DNA of 64,000 bases from Nemertoderma westbladi (GCA_032718475.1 JAUCBJ010008121.1:45068-109067), one strand, 5' to 3'. Shown: positions 20,258 to 31,734, counted from the first letter of the stretch. Program-made: numbers and translations. The notes: generated from the letters alone by a model not told the origin.

Positions 20258-20576
20258 AATTATTGCTATACGAATCCTATTTGTATACAATATATTTTAT
20301 GATAGCATTCAGAGGATTAAACTATATAACACAATTCCTTAGTTAAAACCTGAAGTTTTGCAATACCATTTGTAACCGCAAGGTGGTGATATACAAATTC
20401 TATCACGCCGCGGTCACAAGCATACCGCGTGAATTGTATGTCTGATTGCCATCAGCTATTTAGCTACAGAACCAGCTCTGTATCATTCAGCAGACAATAT
20501 CCTTTAAGGATGAATTAATTTTTAAATAGCCTTTATCATTTGATATGAATCTGAGTAAAATAAATTATTTTACATT
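20252..20576 (+). repeat. Split direct repeat A2
   Basis: Copy of 13970-14294. Confidence 0.95.
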
Positions 20577-20630
20577 CCCACCTTCCAGCCCCATTCACCT
20601 CCAGTGCATGTTTTCAGTTTATATAATATA

Positions 20631-20786
20631 GGTATCTTTTAACCCACACTCTTTGTGAGATTTACTTGAATATATCATTATAATAAATATGTACCCCGTA
20701 TTGACGGGGTCTAAACTCTAATTTTTAATCTCCCAAAGCGGAGCTTCACAAAGCTAGAACAATCATGGCGAATGCGGCCATAAATA
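20631..20786 (+). repeat. Split direct repeat B2
   Basis: Copy of B1, ending GCGGCCATAAATA. Confidence 0.9.
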
Positions 20787-20977
20787 TACTTGAACAGTTA
20801 AAAGAACCACGGCATCTGCTGGAGTGACCGGTGCACAAAATCACCAGTCTTTACCTACGCCAAGCAGCCCGTGTAGTACCGGGGTTAATTTAACTATAGC
20901 GGTATGTATAACAAACACAATTACTGTAGGAACAAACTTGGGGAATGAATGTTGCGAATAATCGCATAAACTCTGAA

Positions 20978-21548
20978 TAATAAATATTACGCTACGCGTA
21001 CAAACTACTCAAACAAAATGCAGACCAAATACTGACAGACTACTATCAAGCCTAAATAAACTACAGGACATGCAGACTCCGAAATGATTAGGTAGTATGC
21101 GTTCTAACCCAGTAGTACGACTTATTCTTTAGATGGGGGTTTACCTTACAGCTTTGGCTGCCCCTACTTCCTAACCGTTCTTTATCGGACAGGCTCTACA
21201 CACACTGCATCCGTTCAGACCTAATAACAGCCAGACAACTATCCAGCCTACAAATTATCTAAATAAATATTATACGCTACCTGTACAGACTACACAAACA
21301 AAGTACAGACTAAACGATGGCAGACTACTCTCAAGCCTAAATAAACTACAGGACAGGCAGACTCCGAAATGATTAGGTAGTATGCGTTCTAACCCAGTAG
21401 TACGACTTATTCTTTAGATGGGGGTTTACCTTACAGCTTTGGCTGCCCCTACTTCCTAACCGTTCTTTATCGGACAGATGATCTACACGCACTGCAATCC
21501 GTTCAGACTTAACAGCAATCAGACAACAGCTCAGCCTACAAATTGTCT
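20978..21548. repeat. Tandem duplication (period about 285 bp) in the Bel/Pao leader
   Basis: AAGCCTAAATAAACTACAGGACA...TTTATCGGACAG starts at both 21048 and 21333. Confidence 0.85.
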
Positions 21549-21832
21549 GTACAATCTGATCAGGCTTACACGCCTTCTGTTCAATACTGGCCTACAAACA
21601 AATAAAACTTGACAGAAATAAGTAAAAATCTCAATAAAAAACCAGGGCTGCAGTCCCTGATTAATTATTAAGGCCTACCGGTATATAATTATCAAAATCG
21701 AATAATACTGCTGTACCTATACTGCTGTAGGTACCGGTCCGGATGATCAGGCAGTCAGGCCTACTGGTTACCGATCGACCGGTACTTTCGACTAGATTGC
21801 TTACACCGCAATCCAGAAGCAATATCTGTTAT

Positions 21833-23011
21833 TGTTTGCGCTTTTGAAGACCTTTGACAGTTTAACCTGCCAAAATTAGAATGTCTTTTGGATGATAGAT
21901 AGTCTTTAGCCTATGACGAGTATTTGATACACTACATTAGCCGAAGCCAGTCTATGCGCAATCATTCACCCGTTGGATATACCCGGGAGACTGAGTTCGG
22001 AGCTTAATGATTGATGGTGTAAGCCTACTGTATTATTCGACTGATCGTAATATATAATCTCTGACAAATATTATTCACTTTCGGGAAATATTAACAGTTC
22101 CTTTAGGACGTGGCGCTCTAAATATGTAAACAGAGTTATGACTTAAACTAGTCACAACGAAAAGGCTATAGATTAACGTATATGGCGCATTCTTTAGGAG
22201 ATGCTTTGTTATCAGTTACACTCATACACAATGCTGCACAATACTGCACACTAATCTGCCGACCTTCACTAAATTTAGTCACGTATAAAGAGAGCAACAG
22301 ACAATTTATGTTGGGCATATGAAATAGCATTAAATTCACTTCAAACCACTTAACATACATAGGTCGCAATCGTTTATCTGTAACCGGTCTCTCTAACCTT
22401 TAGTATATCAAGAAGGTGGGGTGTCTGACTATTGATCAGTATTCCGATATAATAATTCATCAACAAATATAACGAATAACCAACATTAAAAGCAGCAATA
22501 TTAATGTATAAATGATTATTAAGTGAATGAGTTAACTTGTGTAACTCGTGAGTAGTTAAGATAACAGATATACGTTCTATAATTAAGCCTACTAATGTAA
22601 GACTAAAGACTGAAACACGGAAGTGCCAAAAGCCGGTTCTTAGGCTCTGGGCAAAAACATAACACTGAACTGCTGAGTTCTGTATACACCTCCAACACAG
22701 AGACAAAAAACGCTCTGATTGGTCAACCGAACAACGAGAGAACAAAGAAACAAAGAAACGTCGACGTGGCAATATCAGCTGCTAGCCATCGTCATGGTAG
22801 CGACACTGTTTTCAAGAGTATCCAGCTTATCGCGTCACGAGATTGCAGATTATGTCCTCTAAAGTACAAACACAGTACAAATACAGAAGAAATGACTTTT
22901 ATGTCCTCTAAAACACCAGTACAGCAAGGACACGGCCCTTTTATGCCTGGCAAACCAACTACAGAGTACTTTAAGGGAAAATAACCGGTTAATGACGCAA
23001 AAGCTTTTACA
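21833..23011 (-). repeat. 5' LTR of Bel/Pao copy 1
   Basis: Same termini as 378-1543 and colinear with it, but with many substitutions and a divergent central patch. Confidence 0.92.
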
Positions 23012-24810
23012 CCCACCCACCCACCCACCTAAGCACGTATACTTACCCACACCCACCCACCTACCTAAGCACACCTAGTTAACCGCACCCACCTAAGCAC
23101 ATCGACTTAACCGCACCCACCCACCTAAGCACGTCTACTTACCCACACCCACCCACACACCTAAGCACATCGACTTAACCGCACCCACCCACCCACCTAA
23201 GCACGTATTCTTACCCGCACCCACTCACCTACCTAAGCACACCTAGTTAACCGCAACCACCTAAGCACATCGACTTAACCGCACCCACCCACCCACCTAA
23301 GCACGTATACTTAACCACACCCACCCACCCACCTATGCACGTATACTTACCCACACCCACTCACCTACCTAAGCACACATAGTTAACCGTACCCACCTAA
23401 GAACATCGACTTAACCGCACCCTCCCACCCACCTAAGCACGTCTACTTACCCGCACCCACCCACACACCTAAGCACATCGACTTAACCACACCCACCCAC
23501 CCACCTATGCACGTATACTTACCCACACCCACCCACCTACCTAAGCACACCTAGTTAACCACACCCACCCACACACCTAAGCACGTCTACTTACCCGCAC
23601 CCACCCACCCACCTAAACACGTCTACTTAACCGCACCCACCCAGCCACCTAAGCACTCCTACTAGTTAACCGCACCCACCTAAGCACATCGACTTAACCG
23701 CATCCACCCACCCACCTAAGCACGTCTACTTACCCGCACCCACCCACCCACCTAAGCACGTCTACTTACCCACACCCACCCACACACCTAAGCACATCGA
23801 CCTAACCGCACCCACCCACCCACCTAAGCACGTATTCTTACCCGCACCCACTCACCTACCTAAGCACACCTAGTTAACCGCAACCACCTAAGCACATCGA
23901 CTTAACCGCACCCACCCACCCACCTAAGCACGTATACTTAACCACACCCACCCACCCACCTAAGCACGTATACTTACCCGCACCCACTCACCTACCTAAG
24001 CACACCTAGTTAACCGCACCCACACCTAAGCACATCGACTTAACCGCACCCACCCACCCACCCACCTAAGCACGTATACTTAACCACACCCACCCACCCA
24101 CCTATGCACGTATACTTACCCACACCCACCCACCCACCTATGCACGTATACTTACCCACACCCACCCACCTACCTAAGCACACCTAGTTAACCACACCCA
24201 CCCACACACCTAAGCACGTCTACTTACCCGCACCCACCCACCCACCTAAACACGTCTACTTAACCGCACCCACCCAGCCACCTAAGCACTCCTAGTTAAC
24301 CGCACCCACCTAAGCACATCGACTTAACCGCATCCACCCACCCACCTAAGCACGTCTACTTACCCGCACCCACCCACCCACCTAAACACATCTACTTACC
24401 CGCACCCACCCACCCACCTAAACACATCTACTTAACCGCACCCACCCACCCACCTAAGCACGTGTACTTAACCGCACCCACCCACCCACCTAAGCACGTA
24501 TACTTACCCACATCCACCCACCTACCTAAGCACACCTGGTTAACCGCACCCACCTAAGCACATCGACTTAACCGCATCCACCCACCCACCTAAGCACGTC
24601 TACTTACCCGCACCCACCCACCCACCTAAGCACGTCTACTTAACCGCACCCACACACCAAACTAAGCAAGCACGTCTACTTAACCGCACCCAACCTCCCC
24701 TACCCCTACACACCTAACTACCCGCACTCACCTACCCCTACCCACCCTCCCTCCCTCCCACACCCTATTTACCCGCACCGACCGCCCGAACCTAACAAAC
24801 ACACCCACCC
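23012..24810. repeat. C/A-rich minisatellite, about 30-36 bp monomers (CCCA)n-CCTAAGCAC-N5/6-(C)TTA(A/C)CC(G/A)CA
   Basis: Directly visible tandem array of roughly 50 monomers, degenerating at the right end. Confidence 0.95.
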
Positions 24811-25327
24811 CTACTTTTTCTACCTTATTCAGACTCCACGGCAAACATTCTCGGAGCAATCATGCCGTACCAGAAATTTACAAAAACGGAAAGCAGGGAC
24901 AGTTTTCGCAAAACGTTTTTTACAAGAAACGTTTTTTTGATAATCGTTTCCTATCAAATAATGCTAAGTATTTACATCCTAGAACATTCGATAACTATTG
25001 TAAATTATTGTAATTAATAGGTAGGTTGCTTTTTTTACCATATATTATTAAATAAATGTGAGATATTTAGTGCAGTTAGTTTAATTATAATATCGTAAAC
25101 ATCACTGCACAATAATGCGTTTTACACACCAGATCTTTAAAACATTACCTTTATTCGCATGCGAAAATAAGGGTTATGCCCGAGCCAGCCTAGAGGCCAA
25201 GCAAGGTACCGGTAGCCGTAGCAATGCAAGAAGCTAGAAGCTTCCTATTGGGTGCTATTTTTAGATCCTTCCCCCTTTTCTTACCCCCTCATCCGTGCCA
25301 CCACTGGTTCAGCCAAACAACCCAGGC

Positions 25328-25524
25328 AGCTCCGTAGCCCATCATTGTTCCAATTCTTCTGGTAGACTATCATTACGGCTCTCCTAATTTGTTTCAAATT
25401 TGTTTCACTGGCATTCTTAACATTATTCCAATTTTTTGAGCTCCGTAGCCCATCATTGTTCCAATTCTCCGGTAGACTATCATTACGGCCCTCCTAATTT
25501 GTTTCAAATTTGTTTCATTGGCAT
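25328..25524. repeat. Tandem duplication, period about 110 bp
   Basis: AGCTCCGTAGCCCATCATTGTTCCAATTC...GTTTCA.TGGCAT occurs twice. Confidence 0.75.
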
Positions 25525-25698
25525 ACATACTGTAGCATTGCAGGTAGGACACCATTACGTGGCTCCTAATATGTTTCAATTATGTTCCAATTTTGTTTCA
25601 ACTAACAGAGACATACTAGTGGCAGTACGCAGCTACAGAACTAGGCCTTGGTAGGCCTATATTCACTGATTGCCTGACTGTGACATATCTGCCTGTAG

Positions 25699-26093
25699 GC
25701 AAATTTCCAATAGGGTGTCGTTTCAGCCTTCCCATCATAGGGTTACAATTAACATTGAGTAATTAGCTGTTGCCTAGAAGGAAAAATATAACTTTAAACT
25801 GTGTTCCTAAATTTCGTTTATTGTTTTGGTTAGAAAAACCTGCTATTATGACCTGATAATTTCCTTTAAAAGTTACCTTATTAAATGGTGAATTGAATAT
25901 CGAAATTAAATATTCACAAAATTAAGTTCATATGTTAAAATAGGCTGAAACAACACCAAAATTGGTAATACTGTCAGACTGTGTACTGTAGTAACATGCG
26001 ACCTGTAGGGTGGATTGTACGTACAGTACATTCCGTATATTACTTAAACAATAACACGGGAAGGCTGAAACGACACCCCAATTGGAAATTTGC
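25699..26093. repeat. 35-bp inverted repeat pair (MITE-like ends)
   Basis: GCAAATTTCCAATAGGGTGTCGTTTCAGCCTTCCC (25699-25733) pairs with GGGAAGGCTGAAACGACACCCCAATTGGAAATTTGC (26058-26093). No TSD identified. Confidence 0.6.
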
Positions 26094-26112
26094 GAACGGG
26101 ACAGAGAGCTTA

Positions 26113-28481
26113 CACCATGACCCGTAATATAGTGCCATTTTCTGATGACACGGAACCCCCCTCCCCCCCCCCCAAATTTTTCTACAAATCTTTATCTTTA
26201 TTGTATGGCTTGAAATTTGAAACACAACTAGTTCAACTCAACTGGAAACAACTGGTTGATATTGATATTGATATTGATTTATTAGTGACGGGACACATAA
26301 TAGATAATATTTAAGTTGGTATAGACCGTTAGCAACCATACAATTGTTATAGATACAGTACGAGATATTTTTGTTATGAATTTAAATCAGTATGGTATGA
26401 AAAATATATGAACAGTACATCTTACGCGAGTTATATCGATAAAATTGTCACTTAATGGGATAGCCACATGAGGCGGACCTCGTTTCCATGTGGGTCCCCG
26501 CTATGTAATAATGTTTTAGGCAAAATAGTCGGGGAAGTAATAAAATTAAATTTAGGACTACAGATTAGAATACACATGAACTACTAATAAGATTGTATAA
26601 TTGTTGGGGAAGCAATAAAAATTAAATTCAAGACTACAAATAAAAATACACAAATAAAATTGTCAGTGCTTTAATCTAAAAATGGTTATGGGTGGGATGA
26701 TTTGAAATTTGTTACTTAAAATTGTCAAATATTTAGATAAAATAAATATAAAAAAAACAAACTTAGTAAAGGAACTGCGATGCATTGTTTGTGGACTACA
26801 GATTAGAATACACATGAACTACTAATATGATTGTATAATTGTTGGGGAAGCAATAAAAATTAAATTCAAGACTACAAATAAAAATACACAAATAAAATGG
26901 TCAGTGCTTTAATCTAAAAATGGTTATAGATGGGATAATTTAAAATTTGTTACTTAAAATGTTTCTGTCAATTTACTGTCAAAAATTCTGTCAAGTATTT
27001 AGATAAATAAAGGTAGAAAAACAAACTTAGTAAAAGAACTGCGATGCATGTTTATGAATTAAGTGGGTTAATAGTGTGCAAGTAATTGTGATTCATGCGT
27101 CGGTTAGAGTATTTAAGTAATGGCGTTTTACTTGGTGTTTAAAAGACTCTAGTGTCGTTGCCTCTGTTACACAGTTCGGTAGGGCGTTCCAGAACGCTGG
27201 GCCTCGATAGTCGAATGAGTTCTGTGCGAATTTAGTATTCTTATGGGGGATCGATGCTTTTGTTCTCGGGGTTCGTGTTGATCGCGTGTTTTTATTGAAG
27301 TTAACCATATCTTGGATGTAACTCGGTGAGGTTCCGCGCTGGGTCTTGTACATAAGAGTTACCAGATTTTGTTGCACTCGATATTCTATTGGTAGCCAGT
27401 TTATGGTTTTGTAGTGCGATGGATAGATGTGGCTGCGGTCCTCTAAAGATAAGCAATATCGAATGCACTTCCGCTGCAGTGCCTCAAGCTTGTTGCGCCA
27501 GATTGAGCTGATTGAGTAGAACCAGACAGCAGCAGCATAGTCCATGAGAGGCTGTATCAGCGCGTTACATAGTAGGCGACGTAGGTTGTAGTCTAGTACC
27601 CCGGAGAATCGGTAAATAAATTTTAATCTAGAATTCCCTTTCTTGACTATCGCGGTGATCTACGACTCTCCGTTCATTGATTGGTCTAGTTTGCAACCCA
27701 TTGTTACCATGAAGCCGGGATTTTCGATATCGCCTTTAAATTTTTTTTATAAACGTTTTAAAAAAGTGTCTTTTGCGAAATCGCACCATCCGTATCATTG
27801 TCATCCTCCACATTAGTCGTAATTTTATCATATCAATAGAAAGCTTGCTTTGTAAAGATTCCAAATATGTAAAAATATCTGAATTTCGTTGAGAAATAGC
27901 TGAGAAATAGGCGTTCAAAGATTGCAAGAATTATTGTTCGCTGCAGGCCATTTATTATATTTAATAAATACACAACATTCTAGAACGTGTTATTTATTTT
28001 ATGAGTTGGTTGGCAACAGTGGTATGCCTATACAATATCTATATTGCGTATCTAATCATACATAAACAAATTGTTCCAAATTGTTCCCATTTATTAAATA
28101 GAATAAATGGCCTGCAGCGAACGATAATTCTTGCAATCTTTGAACGACTATATCTCAGCTGTTTCTCAACGAAATTCAAACATTGTTACATATTTGGAAT
28201 CCTTGGAAAGCAAGCTTTTTAATGATATCTATAAAGCGAGGGAAATGTGAAGAATGGCAATGATAGCAATGATAGCAATTTTGCAAAAGACACTTTTGTA
28301 AAACCCTTATAAAAAAATGTAAAGGTAAAATCGAAAATTCCGGCTTCATGGTAACAACCACGGTGAGTTGAACTAGTTGTGTTTCAAATTTCAAGCAATA
28401 TGATAAAGATCTGTACAAAATTTTGGGGGGGGGGGGGGGTCCGTGTCATCAGAAAATGACACTGTATTACGGGTCATGGTG
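26113..28481. mobile_element. Foldback-type non-autonomous DNA transposon with TA flanks, interrupted by a LINE
   Basis: TA|CACCATGACCCGTAAT...ATTACGGGTCATGGTG|TA. The left arm (26113-26255 plus 27701-27960) mirrors the right arm (about 28087-28481). Confidence 0.8.
26256..27700 (-). mobile_element. 5'-truncated CR1-group (L2/Crack-like) LINE
   Basis: ORF 27093..27545 (DYAAAVW...LQRKCIR...WLPIEYRV...RGPAFWNALP...SFK) is the ORF2 C-terminus. The 3' UTR has an internal duplication and ends AATAAA-(TCAATA)n. Confidence 0.8.
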
Positions 28482-28794
28482 TACTAACTGTGCAGTGAAT
28501 CTTCAGTGGGTTTTGCTAGGCCTACCCTATCTACCTAGTTAACTTGTCAGCAGACTTTGTCTTGTTTTCTTAGCTTCAACCTTCAAGCATTAATAAATAA
28601 TTAGACTGTTAGACGCCAGTATGCAGGTCTGTCTACCTTGTTAGATAGTGTAGTCTTAGAGTAGTACATAATAACTATTATAGTTTATAATTTATTATTG
28701 GTGTTATGGGTGAATGAGTGGCTTCATATTATTCTTCATATTCTTATAGGCTTCATACTTTTTTGTTGGACACAACTTTTGCAAAGACGGCAAT

Positions 28795-28867
28795 GACGTC
28801 CAGGTGGGATCGAACTAGTGACCTCCGGGTTGGAAGCCTGACGCTCTAACCATTCAGCTAGCGGCTC
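28795..28867 (-). pseudogene. tRNA-like sequence (SINE head or tRNA pseudogene) inside 28-bp inverted repeats
   Basis: Box A TAGCTGAATGG and box B GTTCGATCC at tRNA spacing, but the acceptor and T stems pair poorly. Confidence 0.6.
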
Positions 28868-29583
28868 AGGTAAAAGATAGACTTGGAAATACTATCTGAT
28901 GCCTTGTATGTCCGCAATTTACCTCCTCATGGCCTCCCATCTGTCATACCATCATCGGCTGCCACTGTGCTCATCCCTACAGTACTTTGCAAAAGCTGTG
29001 CCCAACAAAAAATTTATAACTATTATAGTGTTATAGTGTTATAGTAGCATTATAGTATTATATAATGTAACCAACTACAGTGCCCTCTATAGCGAATTTC
29101 CGGGGTCTTTATGTGCTTTTCCTATCTTCTTTTTTGTTTTTGTTTTTGTTTTTGTCTTCGGTTTTCTGTTTCTTGTTTTTTTCTTAATCTGTAAAAATTC
29201 CCTGGCAACCCAGCACCTTAACCAATAAGTAGACAGTTATCATTATGTTGTATTCTACCTAACCATGCGCTTTAAAGTAGACACCTTATAATCCTATGTA
29301 ACCTACCCAATCCAATTATACAGTACCATTCAGTATGTAGACACATGACCACTCCTGGGATTTCCCTATCAGCTTCTCCCAACCTTATAACCCAAACTTC
29401 AACCCTATATTTGTACTTTAGATTAACAGCTTACAACTAACTCGGTGTATTTTCCCTATCACAATTACCTTACAGTATACAGTATACACACGTTAACCTT
29501 TCTGGAATTCACCTATCAGGTATTTCCCCTTTAGAACTTATATATATATAGACCCCCCACCTTTTCCTGTTAGTTGCCAGTAC

Positions 29584-29623
29584 ATAGTCTGATGCAGACC
29601 GGTAGGTCGAAAACGTTTACTAT
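29584..29623 (+). ncRNA. Minimal type I hammerhead ribozyme motif (Penelope pLTR-like), core variant
   Basis: ATAGT-CTGATGCA-GACC-GGTA-GGTC-GAAA-ACGTTT-ACTAT: stem I, a CUGAUG core, stem II, GAAA and a palindromic stem III. Confidence 0.65.
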
Positions 29624-30042
29624 TGTATCTTTATTTAATATAATATAACCAGCTAAAGACCCTCAATACTTTATATTTTTCTATCATCTATGCACTTGTT
29701 AGATAGTGAAAGTTTATAATTCAGTACTTGACAGCATGCGAGTGGTGTTAATAGTCGTTGGTCACTGACTGTGTAGAGTGTACGTACATACAGCAGTAAA
29801 CGTACAGCTTTGTACTGTACAGTGAACTTTCAGTAGGTGCAGCTACTTATTATTAGGCCTAGGTGTGAAGTTTGCATTATTGAAATCAGGATTACCATCA
29901 ATCATTTATTGACAATAGTATGTACCGGTACCGCTAGGTCTAATTGTTAGATAGTGAAAGTTTACATGACAACATGAGCGGAATCAGCACTATACTCAAG
30001 CAGACATCGTACAGAAAGTTTGTAGACCTACTGAATGGTTGT

Positions 30043-30150
30043 TGTTAGATTACATGAGTGAATTCCTGCTGTTAGATTACATGAGTGAATTCCTGCTGTT
30101 AGATTACATGAGTGAATTCCTGCTGTTAGATTACATGAGTGAATTCCTGC
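30043..30150. repeat. 4 x 27-bp perfect tandem repeat upstream of MLH3
   Basis: (TGTTAGATTACATGAGTGAATTCCTGC)4. Confidence 0.95.
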
Positions 30151-30359
30151 AGGATTTGTATCACTCTCCACGAGTCATTAGGCTGTAGGTACCAGTAGTT
30201 TCTGTACCGGTAGTAATACTAAATCTGTGTATTATGTATCTGTGTACTATGTAAATCTGTGCATTTGGCATGCCAACTCACCACTACCGGCCCTATTGTG
30301 CTATTGTGGTGCAGGCCTATGTTGCTTTATTCTTATCCGTAAGATCACTTGTGTAAAAA

Positions 30360-31734
30360 ATGGTTGAAATATTGCCTGATGATTTGCAACAAGCACTTTG
30401 CGCTCAAACTCACATATCGTCGTGGAATGTTGGCGTCAGTTGTCTGGTAAACAATAGCATCGAAGCTAAAGCATCCAATATTGCAGTTCATCTTAACACC
30501 GCCTTAAATTCATTTGAGGTTTTAGATAATGGAGAGGGCATATCGTTTGATAATTTTCAAAATGTTGGTAAAAAATATCATACTGGCAAAAGGTATTCAT
30601 GTCAGACTAACAATACGCACACTGGGTTGTCATTGTGGTCTATAACTGAACTGTCTTCCTTTGTCCGTATCTCATCGAATGTAAATACTTCACTGTCATT
30701 ATATGAAAAGACATTTTCGAATGCACAATCTAAAATTAAATCAATCAATATCAGAGGACACCCACATCCTGGAACGATTGTTGTTGTGAATGGTTTATTC
30801 TATAATGAGCCGGTAAGGAGTTTAATCAACCACTCCAGGGAGGTGGATTCCATTTACTCGTATATTTCTACCAAAGCATTACAATATCCTCACATTTCAT
30901 TCTCAGTATTGGATAGTTTCACACAAGCATATCTTATTAAAACACCCAAATGTTTAAATTCAAAGGAAGTTTTTGAACACATATTTAAAAAAGATTACGA
31001 ATTTGAAATGGTCTCCGGTTTTATCGAAGTTGACTACATTGGAAGGCTGGAGTTGCAGGGTTTTATATCAAAACAATTAAGTGGGAAAAACATTCACAGA
31101 TATATATTTGTCAACTCAATAACAGGTGGTAAGAATATTAAGGATATGGCAGATCAGATTATTGTTAAAACATTAAAGTGTTTCAAAGATAATATGTCCG
31201 ATAGGGGATTCCCTGTGTATATTATACAGATACAATGCCCGAGTACTTGTTATTCAGTTGTAAACGATTCCCAAATTAAATTCCGTTCTGACCTTTTGGA
31301 TTCTTTATTCCAGAAAGTATTACAGGGTGTAATCGCATCTGATTGTCACAATACTGACAGTAGCACTGCATTACATGCGGGGCTGGACATTAAACCCCAG
31401 ACTGAGGATGCTATAAGTCTCTTTATAGGTAATAAAATTCGATCGAAGTTGGCGCGACATATTGACTGTCGACAAGATATTTCTCCTCAGGATTTGGTCT
31501 TTGTAGATGATTTTTCCCAACAACTGAAGGAACTCGACAATTCAGGCGGAATTCAGACGGGAGTCTCTGATTACAACGATTCGTGCAACAATGTTTCCAA
31601 CAGCGTTTATTCCGCTGAACCACTATCCGGACAAATCGAACCTGTTATGTCGTTATCGTCTGATCCGGGCGGTGTCAATGTAACAGCCAAGTATTTTGAA
31701 ACAAGTTTGAAAGAAATCAATATCAACACTAAAG
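30360..31734 (+). CDS. MLH3: MutL homolog 3, exon 1 (GHKL-like N-terminal and transducer domains); model join(30360..31734,32316..33520,36262..39018), about 1778 aa
   Basis: NSIEAKA, EVLDNGEGI, VGKKYHTGK, GTIVVVNGLFYNEPVR, YIFVN. Donor AAG|GTGAGG, phase 1. Confidence 0.85.

Larger units (their letters stand above)
13970..20786 (+). mobile_element. Ngaro-like tyrosine-recombinase (DIRS-order) retrotransposon nested in the Bel/Pao 5' leader
   Basis: Gag, RT, RNase H and YR ORFs with split direct repeats in the order A1-ORFs-B1-A2-B2. No methyltransferase ORF is visible. TAAATA occurs at both junctions. Confidence 0.93.
378..23011 (-). mobile_element. Bel/Pao LTR retrotransposon, copy 1 (about 15.8 kb excluding the nested Ngaro)
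   Basis: Two homologous TG...CA LTRs (378-1543, 21833-23011), a single Gag-PR-RT-RH-IN ORF, and a purine tract GGGAGCGG next to the 3' LTR. Confidence 0.93.

Noticed and set aside
23012-24810. CRISPR-like repeat/spacer appearance
   Set aside because: The variable parts are only 5-6 nt and recur, there are no cas genes, and the context is eukaryotic. It is a minisatellite.
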